Source: an uncultured Lachnospiraceae bacterium (GTDB lineage: Bacteria > Bacillota > Clostridia > Lachnospirales > Lachnospiraceae). From it: a stretch of DNA of 33,802 nucleotides. Of the stretch, positions 1 to 9,351 are shown in pieces (the first letter of the stretch is position 1; each line of letters starts with the position of its first letter). Location: NCBI GenBank assembly GCA_948438565.1, contig CAOJLW010000001.1, forward strand, positions 1 to 33,802. Direction: 5' to 3'. Made by a program: the position numbers and the translations under genes. The notes beneath the pieces are model-generated. The model was given only the letters and a program-made list of their open reading frames with translations, was not told where the DNA came from and did not search any database.

Positions 1-852
1 ATATGCGGCCGGCGCTTCCGGATTGGGGTAACCTACAGTCGGAAAATCCCCGTCCGGCAATTCCTGCTCTTTTACGACAAATACATGCACAAAACCCAGC
101 TCTTTTAAAATCGTACGCACTGGTATATTGCCTGTGCCATGCAGCGGCGTATAGACAATCTTAAGCTCATCCCGAACCGCGTCAATGGCGTCCTGATGGA
201 GTACAAGCTTTTTAATCTCATCCATATATGCCCGGTCAATTTCTTCTCCAATCACTACATAAAGACCGTCCTGCTGCGCTTTTTCCTTATCCATCGTAAG
301 CATGGCGCTATAGTCTGTCACAGCCTTTACTTCCGCCATAATCCCAGTATCATGCGGCGGCGTAATCTGCGCGCCGTCCTCCCAGTATACTTTATATCCG
401 TTATACTCCGGCGGATTGTGGCTTGCGGTTACATTGATGCCCGCGATACAATTTAACTTGCGTACGGCAAACGACAATTCCGGCGTCGGCCGCAGCGTTT
501 CAAAAACATATGCACGAATGCCGTTTGCGGCAAGGCAAAGCGCAGCCTCATCCGCAAATTCCGGCGACATCCTTCTGGAATCATAGGCAATGGCAACTCC
601 ACGATCCCCCTTGGATACCTTTTTGATATAATTGGCCAACCCCTGCGTGGCTTTCCGGACAGTATAGATATTCATACGATTTGTCCCAGCGCCAATTACG
701 CCCCGCAAACCCGCCGTGCCAAAAGCAAGCTCCGTATAAAACCTGTCCTCCACTTCTTTTTCGTCATCTGCAATCGCTTTTAATTCCGCTTTTGTCTCTT
801 CGTCAAAATAAGGATTTGTCATCCATTCCTGATATGTCTCTTTGTAACTCAT
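1..852 (-). CDS. pgm: Phosphoglucomutase/phospho-sugar mutase, 5' part (runs off the window start; missing from the ORF track)
   Basis: Manual translation from ATG at 852 (RBS AGGAGG): MSYKETYQEWMTNPYFDEETK...FGTAGLRG...NRMN, and the phosphoserine motif VTASHNPPEYNGYKVYW. Confidence 0.93.
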   Translation of the reverse strand, partial: MSYKETYQEWMTNPYFDEETKAELKAIADDEKEVEDRFYTELAFGTAGLRGVIGAGTNRMNIYTVRKATQGLANYIKKVSKGDRGVAIAYDSRRMSPEFADEAALCLAANGIRAYVFETLRPTPELSFAVRKLNCIAGINVTASHNPPEYNGYKVYWEDGAQITPPHDTGIMAEVKAVTDYSAMLTMDKEKAQQDGLYVVIGEEIDRAYMDEIKKLVLHQDAIDAVRDELKIVYTPLHGTGNIPVRTILKELGFVHVFVVKEQELPDGDFPTVGYPNPEAPAAY

Positions 853-871
853 CTTATTCCTCCTACTTGTT

Positions 872-2257
872 CTATTCATCCCTCAAATCATCATAGCCGC
901 TGTTTGTATTGGAACCGCCGCCTGCATTTGAGCTGCTGCCATTATTGTTGATTGATGTGAGCAAATTATACAGTGTTGTCAAATAATCAGTGGAAGGCTG
1001 ATTGTTATTATTATTGGCGTTGCCGTTGTTATTGTTGTTATTGGCGTTGCCGTTATTATTGTTGTTGTTGGCGTTGCCGTTATTATTGTTGTTGTTGGCG
1101 TTGCCATTGTTATTGTTGTTGTTGCCGTTATTATTGTTGTTATTGGCGTTGTTATTGTTATTGCCGTTGTTATCCGTATCCTTACTTTTTTCCGAACTGC
1201 TCTTTTGAGATGTTAAGGCAATCTCAATTTCCGCCTTGGGAGAATTGACGACCAGCTTTTCCGTGATGGTATCATAACCTTCCGCTTCCACCGCAACGGT
1301 ATGAACGCCATATCGCACTTCCACTGGCTTGGAATAATCCGCTTTTTCACCGTCAATCCAAAGAGACGCGCCCTCGACGCCTACCTGAAAGGTAATCTTG
1401 CATATTTTAGGACCTTCCCCTTTTAATTCATCTAAATTTAAGCTTGTCGTCTGGCCCCTTATAATCTCGACCTCCCGGCTGCCCCCGTAACCCTGATTGG
1501 CCACTGTCACCAAGTGCTTTCCTTCCGGCGCTTCAATCTGCATATTTTTAGCCACTTCTTCAAAAATCCTATCGCCAATGCAAATGAAACTGCCTTCAAA
1601 AATCTCCGTATTGGCCAGCGCCAGATAACCATGTCCCACTTCCACAGCCAGTGAAAGGAGCTTTTTATCCATCACGACAGCGCGAAGCACATCGTACTGT
1701 CCGATATCTTCAAAGCCAATCCGATCGTCGCCGGAAAAAATCTCCATCCCGGGACTATAGGCATACCTTGTCTGCCCAATCGTCAAAGCATGGATACTCT
1801 CGTCAATCGAATAGTTGGTAATATCCTCATAAACCCATACCGCATCGGACAATTGCACCTGGGACAACTGCTGCGTATGGGAAGAAACCTCAATCTCCAC
1901 CACATCCCCCGGCACAAAAGAGACAATGGACTTTGTATCGCCGTATTTATCCAAAAACATAGTCCCCGTATGGTATGCGTACTGGGACTGACGTCCGCTG
2001 CTTACCTTTTCAAAGACGGCCAGCTTCTGCTCCGTATCGATTTTAGTCAGAATATATAAATCCGGGAAAGCCTCCTCCTCTGTCGACGCCACCTCTTCCA
2101 CCTCTAAAACCTGTTCCTTTGCCTCGGCCGCCCGTGCGCCGCTTCCGCGCCGCTCCTGAATAATGCCGCTGCCGGAAGAACGTCCGCATGCGCTAAAAAC
2201 CATCGCTATGGCAACCAGCAGGCCTGTCAGGATCCATCTCTGCTTTTGTATTTTCAT
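872..2257 (-). CDS. Lipoprotein with PEGA-like domains and an Asn-rich C-terminal tail
   Basis: Likely start MKIQKQ at 2257 (GGAGAAG upstream; ORF track starts at 2278). Hydrophobic signal ending in lipobox FSAC. PEGA-like segments (GASLWIDG...YGVHTVAVEAEGY). Confidence 0.75.
   Translation of the reverse strand: MKIQKQRWILTGLLVAIAMVFSACGRSSGSGIIQERRGSGARAAEAKEQVLEVEEVASTEEEAFPDLYILTKIDTEQKLAVFEKVSSGRQSQYAYHTGTMFLDKYGDTKSIVSFVPGDVVEIEVSSHTQQLSQVQLSDAVWVYEDITNYSIDESIHALTIGQTRYAYSPGMEIFSGDDRIGFEDIGQYDVLRAVVMDKKLLSLAVEVGHGYLALANTEIFEGSFICIGDRIFEEVAKNMQIEAPEGKHLVTVANQGYGGSREVEIIRGQTTSLNLDELKGEGPKICKITFQVGVEGASLWIDGEKADYSKPVEVRYGVHTVAVEAEGYDTITEKLVVNSPKAEIEIALTSQKSSSEKSKDTDNNGNNNNNANNNNNNGNNNNNNGNANNNNNNGNANNNNNNGNANNNNNNGNANNNNNQPSTDYLTTLYNLLTSINNNGSSSNAGGGSNTNSGYDDLRDE
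1001..1171 (-). repeat. Low-complexity Asn repeat (GNANNNNNN units, 27-nt period)
   Basis: 46 of 57 codons are AAC/AAT. Two exact 27-nt copies at 1041-1094 plus degenerate copies. Confidence 0.95.
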
Positions 2258-2292
2258 GCTATCTTCTCCAATCCTCAAATCTATCCTGCCCT

Positions 2293-2321
2293 ATTATACC
2301 ACACCCTGTTTAACTTGTGAA
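2293..2321 (-). promoter_or_regulatory. SigA-type promoter for the PEGA lipoprotein and pgm
   Basis: TTCACA-17 nt-TATAAT with TG extension, overlapping the end of the cotS-like gene. Confidence 0.6.
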
Positions 2322-3308
2322 ATAAAATAACATTTTTAGAAACTGTTTTCTTTGAGGCTCCTGATCCATGACCTTTTCCAATTTCTCAATATCCCTGCCA
2401 GAAATCCAGGATTTTCGGGAACTTGCATAATGGTTGGCAATCTTCCAAAATTTTTTCGGATAGGCCAGGCGCAGATAAAGCTGCTCCAATTCCTCCGGCA
2501 ATAGCTTCCGAACCGTATCATACGCCGTAATCATATCCAGGCCAAGGCCAGTATTCCAATTATATTTTTCCAAAATTTTACGCATAAAATTAGCCAAATC
2601 CTGCACCAGAATATCATAGGACATCCGTTCAAAATTCAGCACTACCCATTCCCCTTGGGAAAACAAGACGTTATGCTGGTTATAGTCCCCATGGCATAGT
2701 CCAAACATCTGATCCATAGAATCGTCTGAAAGACTCTCTGACTGGCGTTTTAACTGCTCCGTCACCTCAAAGGCCTGCGTTTTATAGTTGTCATATACCC
2801 GCATAAACAACACTTCAAACGCATTTTTCTGGTTTTTATTGCGGATATAATTTTTCACCTTATTGAGTTCCCGGTTATGACGTTCATATTCCTGTAACAG
2901 GCCTTCGTTATCCGTCCTTAAAAAATCCGGGATTTGTTTTTGATAAGACTGCGTCAGGCTATGCAGCTTTGCGAGTTTTTTGACTGCCGCTAAAATGTCG
3001 TCCCGGTTCCTGACGTCGCATTCCCTGCCCAAATACCAGTTTTTCAACAAGTAAGACGCAGCGCTTGCTTCATCCCGGACTAACGGTTCCCCATCCTTTG
3101 CCGTTACAATCGTCTCTGCCGCAAAGCCCTCCCCGGCTAAAAAGTCCAAAATATCATATAAAAACGCAGCCCGTTCCTTCGAACCGCGAAACTCTTTCAA
3201 CAACATGGCGCCTTTGTCCGTATCGCAGTTCAGTGCTCCGCGTCCTTTAGCCGTACTTCTTATTTCCACTTCATACTGTTCCAGAATTTCTTCTTCCCGA
3301 TTATACAC
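2310..3308 (-). CDS. CotS/YutH-family spore coat protein (kinase-like fold)
   Basis: Motifs LCHGDYNQHN, DLANFMRK and YPKKFWK. Probable GTG start at 3308 (or TTG at 3311) after GGAGGG; ORF track extends to 3377. Confidence 0.85.
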   Translation of the reverse strand: MYNREEEILEQYEVEIRSTAKGRGALNCDTDKGAMLLKEFRGSKERAAFLYDILDFLAGEGFAAETIVTAKDGEPLVRDEASAASYLLKNWYLGRECDVRNRDDILAAVKKLAKLHSLTQSYQKQIPDFLRTDNEGLLQEYERHNRELNKVKNYIRNKNQKNAFEVLFMRVYDNYKTQAFEVTEQLKRQSESLSDDSMDQMFGLCHGDYNQHNVLFSQGEWVVLNFERMSYDILVQDLANFMRKILEKYNWNTGLGLDMITAYDTVRKLLPEELEQLYLRLAYPKKFWKIANHYASSRKSWISGRDIEKLEKVMDQEPQRKQFLKMLFYFTS

Positions 3309-3372
3309 CAAAACCCCTCCATACGAATCTTTTCGAATGCACTGGCGCTCCCTGTACATTCCGTGTCTCTTT

Positions 3373-3401
3373 AACATATGAAGGGGAATCTAAAAGTATT
3401 C
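3373..3401 (-). promoter_or_regulatory. Putative mother-cell sporulation (SigE/SigK-like) promoter
   Basis: gaATActt...CATATGTT, with 16 nt between ATA and CATA, upstream of a coat gene. Confidence 0.5.
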
Positions 3402-3403
3402 GC

Positions 3404-4750
3404 TTAAATCATTGAATTTTTCTGAATATCCTCCCGTATTTTCTGAAGAAGGTACTCTCTGGAGTTATTTTGGGGTTCTTCTAAAACAAGCTCAAACAAG
3501 CTTTGTAACGCCTGCCCGATCTTTGGTCCCGGTCGCAGTCCCTCCGCAATCAAATCTGAACCGTTGACGGCCAGATCCTTTAACGTTAAACATTGCCGTT
3601 TGCTTCGAATCTTATCGTAACATTCCTCATAGGCGTCTACATAAGCCAGCTTTTCTAAACGCTGGTACGGACTTTGCGCCAGAATATCCGCGCGTTTTAT
3701 CGCAAAGATGGACGGATATGCCTCAAGGCCCAGCCGGACAACCGCGCGGCGGATATTTGTTTCCGTAATCGGCGGATTGTCGTCATGCCATTCGACCAAA
3801 CGGCATACTCTGGCTATCGTGTCATTGTCAAATTTCAGCCGCCGTAAAATACGACGCGCCAATTCGCTCCCTTGTCGGGGATGCCCATAAAAATGATGGA
3901 CGCCGGCTTCATCCACGGTCTGACACAGCGGCTTTGCCACGTCATGGAGCAATAGAGCAAGACGCAGCGTTTTATCGTTGGCGATATGCCCAAGCGCCGC
4001 TATCGTATGCTCCCCAACGGAGTACATATGATGCGGATTATTTTGCTCTGTCTGCATCATAGCGTCAAATTCCGGCAAAATCACCCGCGTAATGCCCGTC
4101 TCATAAAGCGTCCGCAGCTCTTTCGGATGACTAGACGTCAACAGCTTAACCAGTTCCGTCTGCACCCGTTCCGCACTGATGCGCTCCAAAGAAGGAGCCA
4201 ATTCGCAAATAGCGTCTCTGGTAGCCGAATCAATTGAAAATCCAAGCTGCGCCGAAAAACGGACGGCGCGCATCATACGCAGCGCGTCCTCCCCAAACCT
4301 CTGCCGTGGCTCTCCGACGCAGCGGATTGTATTACGGTTTAAATCGCCCATCCCGTCAAACGCATCCACAAGTCCCTCTTTCGGGTTATACGCCATCGCA
4401 TTCATCGTAAAATCCCGGCGTTTGAGATCTTCCAGCAGGTTAGGAGTAAACGCCACTTCTTTTGGATGCCTGGCATCCTCGTATGTTCCGTCAATCCGAT
4501 ACGTCGTCACTTCATATCCTTCCCGTCCCAGCAAAACCGTAACGGTTCCATGCGCAATTCCCGTATCCACTGTTCTTGGAAACAGATGTTTTACCTCTGT
4601 GGGTTTTGCAGATGTCGTAATATCCCAGTCCATCGGCGTTTGCCCCAATAGACTATCCCGAATACAGCCGCCTACCGCGTAGGCCTCATATCCTGCCTGC
4701 ATCAGCGTATCGATAATATACCCGGCTCCTTCCGGCAGCGCCAGCCTCAT
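3404..4750 (-). CDS. cca: CCA-adding tRNA nucleotidyltransferase with HD domain
   Basis: VGGCIRD, DWD, RRDFTMNA, EDALRMMRAVRF and LLHDVAK. Likely start ATG at 4750 after AAGGAG. Confidence 0.93.
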   Translation of the reverse strand: MRLALPEGAGYIIDTLMQAGYEAYAVGGCIRDSLLGQTPMDWDITTSAKPTEVKHLFPRTVDTGIAHGTVTVLLGREGYEVTTYRIDGTYEDARHPKEVAFTPNLLEDLKRRDFTMNAMAYNPKEGLVDAFDGMGDLNRNTIRCVGEPRQRFGEDALRMMRAVRFSAQLGFSIDSATRDAICELAPSLERISAERVQTELVKLLTSSHPKELRTLYETGITRVILPEFDAMMQTEQNNPHHMYSVGEHTIAALGHIANDKTLRLALLLHDVAKPLCQTVDEAGVHHFYGHPRQGSELARRILRRLKFDNDTIARVCRLVEWHDDNPPITETNIRRAVVRLGLEAYPSIFAIKRADILAQSPYQRLEKLAYVDAYEECYDKIRSKRQCLTLKDLAVNGSDLIAEGLRPGPKIGQALQSLFELVLEEPQNNSREYLLQKIREDIQKNSMI

Positions 4751-4777
4751 TCCAACCAACTCCTTAAGCGTCCATTT

Positions 4778-6220
4778 TTAATATGCTTTTCCCCAATAGA
4801 CCAATTTATGCGCTGGCTTGCCGCAGCATACGCAAACTGACGCGATTTCCTCTTTGTCATGGAATGGCATACAACGTGCGGTCGCTGCAAAATCTTCTTT
4901 AATCCGATCCTCACACGCCTGCTCCCCACACCACATCGCACGGATAAAACCTGGTTTCGTACGTATGATTTCCGTAAATTCCTCATAATTATGCGCGTCA
5001 TAAATATGCTCGTCTCGGTGCTTCTTGGCACGCATAAACATATCCTGCTGTATCTTTGCCAACAGTTCTTTGGCTGATTTTGCGGCCTCTTCCAAAGACG
5101 CCGCTATTTTCTCCCTGGTATCGCGACGCACCATTATGCACTGTCCCGCTTCTATATCCTTTGGCCCGATTTCAATACGGATCGGGATTCCCCGCATTTC
5201 CTGTTCCGCAAACTTCCATCCCGGACTTTTCTCTGAATCATCCACTTTCACGCGGACGCCTTCCGCTGCCAGCAGCTCTTTCAGCTCCATGGTTTTTTCC
5301 AAAACCCCTTCTTTATGCTGCTGAATCGGAATAATCATCGCCTGTGTCGGCGCAATCCTGGGCGGAAGCGATAACCCGGAATCGTCGCCATGCACCATAA
5401 TGATGGCTCCAATCAGACGCGTCGTCATCCCCCAGGAGGTCTGATGCACAAATTGCAGCTTATTGTCCTTATCCGTATACTGGATACCAAACGCCCGTGC
5501 AAACCCGTCCCCAAAATTATGGCTGGTGCCGGACTGCAACGCCTTGCCGTCATGCATTAACGCTTCAATCGTATAGGTCGCTTCGGCTCCGGCAAATTTT
5601 TCTTTATCGGTCTTTTTCCCCCGGACAACCGGTATCGCCAACTCCTGCTCGCAGAAATCGGCATAGACGTTTAACATTTGTATCGTCCGTTCCTCGGCTT
5701 CTTCGGCAGTCGCGTGCGCCGTATGCCCCTCCTGCCACAAAAACTCGCGGGAACGTAAAAACGGCCTGGTTTCTTTTTCCCATCTCACAACGGAACACCA
5801 CTGGTTATAGACTTTCGGCAAATCCCGATAAGACTGAATATCATTTTTATAAAAATCACAAAACAGCGTCTCGGAAGTCGGACGAACGCAAAGGCGCTCC
5901 TGCAACGGATTCAACCCGCCGTGCGTAACCCACGCCACTTCCGGGGCAAAGCCTTCCACATGGTCCTTCTCTTTATTCAAAAGGCTTTCCGGGATAAACA
6001 TTGGCATATAGACATTTTCCACCCCGGTTTCCTTAAACCTGCGGTCAAGCTCCGTTTGGATATTTTCCCAAATCGCATATCCGTCCGGCTTAATGATCAT
6101 GCAGCCTTTTACGGACGAATAATCAATCAGCTCCGCTTTTTTTACTACATCTGTGTACCATTGCGCAAAATCCACTTCCATTGAAGTAATGGCTTCCACT
6201 AATTTTTTTTCTTTTGGCAT
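4778..6220 (-). CDS. proS: Proline--tRNA ligase, archaeal/eukaryote-like type
   Basis: [33 protein letters not shown]; C-terminal Cys cluster and terminal Tyr; no INS editing domain. Likely start MPKEKK at 6220. Confidence 0.97.
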   Translation of the reverse strand: MPKEKKLVEAITSMEVDFAQWYTDVVKKAELIDYSSVKGCMIIKPDGYAIWENIQTELDRRFKETGVENVYMPMFIPESLLNKEKDHVEGFAPEVAWVTHGGLNPLQERLCVRPTSETLFCDFYKNDIQSYRDLPKVYNQWCSVVRWEKETRPFLRSREFLWQEGHTAHATAEEAEERTIQMLNVYADFCEQELAIPVVRGKKTDKEKFAGAEATYTIEALMHDGKALQSGTSHNFGDGFARAFGIQYTDKDNKLQFVHQTSWGMTTRLIGAIIMVHGDDSGLSLPPRIAPTQAMIIPIQQHKEGVLEKTMELKELLAAEGVRVKVDDSEKSPGWKFAEQEMRGIPIRIEIGPKDIEAGQCIMVRRDTREKIAASLEEAAKSAKELLAKIQQDMFMRAKKHRDEHIYDAHNYEEFTEIIRTKPGFIRAMWCGEQACEDRIKEDFAATARCMPFHDKEEIASVCVCCGKPAHKLVYWGKAY

Positions 6221-6277
6221 GATTTGTTTCCTTTCTACTGTTTTGTCAATCAAAGCTTTTTTGGATGTATCGTGCTT

Positions 6278-6306
6278 ATTTTAATATATATAAAGGAGTA
6301 TTTCAA
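6278..6306 (-). promoter_or_regulatory. SigA-type promoter for proS
   Basis: TTGAAA-17 nt-TAAAAT. Confidence 0.55.
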
Positions 6307-6337
6307 GACAGAAGGCAGATTTGTGCGATCGTTCCCT

Positions 6338-7132
6338 TTACACTTGAGGCACAATATATACCCCGTTTTTGCTTCTGCCTTCCAAAAATTCAAATTTCAT
6401 TCCATAAACCTCTTCCAAGTTCCTCTCCGTAAGCACTTCCTGCACCGGGCCGAACGCATATACGCTTCCTTCTTTCATAATTACGATCTTCGTACAAAAC
6501 GCGGCCGCAAGATTCATATCGTGTAAAATAGCGATGATCGTCTTACCCTGTTCCTGAAGTTCCTTCAGAATCCCCATAATCTCTATCTGGTGCCTTACGT
6601 CCAGGTTAGAAACCGGCTCGTCCAAAATCACCCAGGGCGTATCCTGCGCAATCGTCCGCGCCAGAATCACCCGCTGCCGTTCCCCGCCGCTTAAAATGGA
6701 CACCCGCTTATCCTTTAGCTTCAGGCAATCTGTCATTTCCAGCGCCTGGCGAATTACTTCCCTGTCTTTCTCCTCCAAAGGAAAAAAACGCTTCCGGTAC
6801 GGCTCCCTCCCCATGGCCACGGTATCCCAGACTGTAAAATCCACATCTTCCCGAATAGTCTGCGGCAAAAAAGCCAACTTTCTTGCAAGCGCGTCCCTAT
6901 CCCAGGCGCGCAGATTCTCCTGATCCAGCCAAATCGCGCCCTGATCCGGCTTTTGCAGCCGCAGAATTTGACGCACAAGCGAGGTCTTGCCCGCTCCGTT
7001 CGGACCTAGCATTCCATAAAATTCCCCCTCGAAAAATTCTAGGGAAATATTGTTTAAGACTGGCTCCTTCCCCTTTTGCGGCTGCCAGACGACATGATCC
7101 AAACGCACCCTGTGCAAACAGTTATTGCTCAT
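6338..7132 (-). CDS. Cobalamin/iron-chelate ABC importer ATPase (BtuD/FhuC-like)
   Basis: GPNGAGKT, LSGGERQR, ILDEP, LHDMNLA. Start ATG at 7132 overlaps the permease stop (ATGA). Confidence 0.9.
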   Translation of the reverse strand: MSNNCLHRVRLDHVVWQPQKGKEPVLNNISLEFFEGEFYGMLGPNGAGKTSLVRQILRLQKPDQGAIWLDQENLRAWDRDALARKLAFLPQTIREDVDFTVWDTVAMGREPYRKRFFPLEEKDREVIRQALEMTDCLKLKDKRVSILSGGERQRVILARTIAQDTPWVILDEPVSNLDVRHQIEIMGILKELQEQGKTIIAILHDMNLAAAFCTKIVIMKEGSVYAFGPVQEVLTERNLEEVYGMKFEFLEGRSKNGVYIVPQV

Positions 7133-8154
7133 GATCCACGCCGCCCCCTTTCTCTCCAAATCAAAGAAATAAAATAGGGCGCGCCAAACATCGCCGTAAC
7201 CACCCCTACCGGCACTTCCGTAGGAGCCGCCACCGTCCGCGCCACCGTATCGCACGCCATCAAAAAAATTGCGCCCGCAAAAAAACTAAACGGCATCACC
7301 TTCCGATTGTCCGGACCGCATAAAAGACGTACGCAGTGCGGTACAATCAGACCCACAAAGCCGATAATCCCGCTGACTGATACGGCCGCCGCAACCAATA
7401 GAGAGCTAGTCACTATAAACGTCTTTTGCAGCCGTCCCGTATCCACCCCAAGGCATTTCGCATCTTCTTCCCCCATCATCATCAAATTTAATTTGCCCGC
7501 TCCGGCGCACAAAACGGCCGTTCCGACCACGGCAAACACACTTAAAAACGCCGTTTTCTCCCAAGTCGCCGCCGCAAAGCTCCCCAATGTCCACATATAT
7601 ACCTTTACAATCTGATCGTGATGAAATGTCATCCAGAGGGATATCATCGAGCTTAACATCGTACTAATTGCCGTACCCGTCAGCAGCATATGCATGACTG
7701 ATAGCGAACCTCCGATTTTGGCCGCCTGATACACCAAAAATACCGTAAGCAAAGCTCCGGCAAAGGCAAACAGACCAACCGCGCCAAGGCCCCAAACACT
7801 GACGGAAAGTCCCGCAGACATCGCCATCGTAGCGCCAAGCGCCGCCCCGGAAGAAACGCCTAAAATATGAGGGTCTGCCAGGGGATTTAAAAAAATCCCC
7901 TGATAAGCAGACCCCACTACAGCCAATATGCCGCCTGTCATTGCGGCCAGCAAAACCCTTGGCATACGCACTTCCCAGACAATTGTCTCATATACAGTCC
8001 CAATACCGGACAGTTGCACCCATTCCCCGGCAATCGGGAGCCTATGTAATAATATTTTCAGGCTGTCCCACATAGATAAATCTGCGGAACCCACCGATAC
8101 TGCCGCAAGCAATGCCACTAGCAACAGCAAAAACGCTGACAATATTTTCTTCAT
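7129..8154 (-). CDS. FecCD/BtuC-family ABC permease
   Basis: VRMPRVLLA, NPLADPHILGVSSGA, GIIGFVGLIVPH, GAPYF. Confidence 0.93.
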   Translation of the reverse strand: MKKILSAFLLLLVALLAAVSVGSADLSMWDSLKILLHRLPIAGEWVQLSGIGTVYETIVWEVRMPRVLLAAMTGGILAVVGSAYQGIFLNPLADPHILGVSSGAALGATMAMSAGLSVSVWGLGAVGLFAFAGALLTVFLVYQAAKIGGSLSVMHMLLTGTAISTMLSSMISLWMTFHHDQIVKVYMWTLGSFAAATWEKTAFLSVFAVVGTAVLCAGAGKLNLMMMGEEDAKCLGVDTGRLQKTFIVTSSLLVAAAVSVSGIIGFVGLIVPHCVRLLCGPDNRKVMPFSFFAGAIFLMACDTVARTVAAPTEVPVGVVTAMFGAPYFISLIWRERGRRGS

Positions 8155-8156
8155 TG

Positions 8157-9110
8157 TTATTCAAATGCCTCCGGATGGAATATTTCAGCCAAAGTACGGA
8201 TACCTTCCGCATTCCGAAACCCCTGTCGATCCAGCAGATTATTGTCAATTCCGTAGACCTTCCCTTCTTTGACTGCAGTTAAATTTGCATAAGCGGCAGA
8301 CTGCATAAATTCATCTTTCCTGGATTCTGCAATCAAAATCAGAGCAGGATCCGCTTCTATAATTTCTTCCAGGGTAATGCTCCAGCCGGCGACCTCTTTT
8401 GCTATATTGTCACCGCCTGCCATTTCCAACATCGCGCCGGCAAATGTATCCCCTCCGGCCGTAAAATCTCCATTCTCACCATAATCAACCACATAATATA
8501 CCGACGGCTTTTCCAAATCCTTGACCTTTTCCTGTACATCAGACACCGTATCCTGCATTTTGCGAACGCACTCCTCGGCCTCGTCGACGCAGCCCAACGC
8601 CTGGCCTAGCGTCTCAATCATCGCGTAGACGCCCTCCATATCGTGTTCTTCAAACAACGTCAACACCGGAATCTCAAGATCCTGCAATTTTTGGGCATTT
8701 TCCTCGTCAAAATGCGTCGAAACCAAGACCAAATCCGGCGTTATAGCAATCAATTTTTCCATATCCGGCGTAAAAATCGTGCCTACGGACTCTACATCGA
8801 CAATCTCGGCCGGATAATCGCAGTAATCGCTCCGGCCTGCCAACCGATCGCCTGCTCCCAGCTGACATACAATCTCGGTCAGATTTGGCGCAACAGACAC
8901 AATTTTTTCCGGTTTCTGCCCTAACGTAACCTCCTGCCCGCCGGAATCCGTAACCGTCAGCGGATAAGAAGCGTCCTGCGCAGTTTCCGGCGCCTGCGTA
9001 TTTGCCCCTGCATCCTGTGCACGATCCGGCGTTTTTCCACAACCGGCGGCCAGCATCATCATGGAAAGCATACCGATGGCTGCTATCCGTTTCCATTTTA
9101 AATTTTTCAT
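8157..9110 (-). CDS. BtuF-like cobalamin-binding lipoprotein
   Basis: Lipobox AAGC; YPLTVTD, PEKIVSVAPNLTEI, DYCDYP. First gene behind a cobalamin riboswitch. Likely start at 9110. Confidence 0.88.
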   Translation of the reverse strand: MKNLKWKRIAAIGMLSMMMLAAGCGKTPDRAQDAGANTQAPETAQDASYPLTVTDSGGQEVTLGQKPEKIVSVAPNLTEIVCQLGAGDRLAGRSDYCDYPAEIVDVESVGTIFTPDMEKLIAITPDLVLVSTHFDEENAQKLQDLEIPVLTLFEEHDMEGVYAMIETLGQALGCVDEAEECVRKMQDTVSDVQEKVKDLEKPSVYYVVDYGENGDFTAGGDTFAGAMLEMAGGDNIAKEVAGWSITLEEIIEADPALILIAESRKDEFMQSAAYANLTAVKEGKVYGIDNNLLDRQGFRNAEGIRTLAEIFHPEAFE

Positions 9111-9160
9111 ATGACTCCATTCCTGCAACCCTGCCCCAACAGTTTTGCAAATCTTTTATT

Positions 9161-9316
9161 ATGGCAGGTCTCCTGGCTTACAGGCTTTTTATTCCAGCCT
9201 TCTCAGATTTCTCCAATGACTCTTTGTTCCGGAATAAAAATATATCTGATTACAGTAGTAGAGGCTGCTGCGGATTCGCACCGCATTCCCTTTTCATCCC
9301 TTCCGGGACACCATTG
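9161..9316 (-). ncRNA. Cobalamin riboswitch (long P6 extension, class-I-like)
   Basis: AUGGUG...AAAGGGAAUGCGGUGCGAAUCCGCAGCAGCC...ACUGUAA...GAAGG...AAGCCAGGAGACCUGCCAU (B12 box). UUUUAUUCC/GGAAUAAAA stem. Confidence 0.95.
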
Positions 9317-9322
9317 TAAGCC

Positions 9323-9351
9323 AGTATAACATCTTCACAGGAATTTGTAAA
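9323..9351 (-). promoter_or_regulatory. SigA-type promoter of the cobalamin transport operon
   Basis: TTTACA-17 nt-TATACT with TG extension, just upstream of the riboswitch. Confidence 0.7.

Noticed and set aside
1001-1171. Possible CRISPR-like periodic repeat
   Set aside because: Units are contiguous and in-frame with no unique spacers, and there are no cas genes.
973-1248. Plus-strand ORFs rich in Leu (MLLLLALP...) or Cys/Tyr that look like a membrane toxin or a metallothionein
   Set aside because: They are antisense readings of the Asn repeat inside the lipoprotein gene, with no RBS or independent signal.
6221-6337. T-box leader for proS
   Set aside because: Too short, and no T-box consensus or terminator seen.
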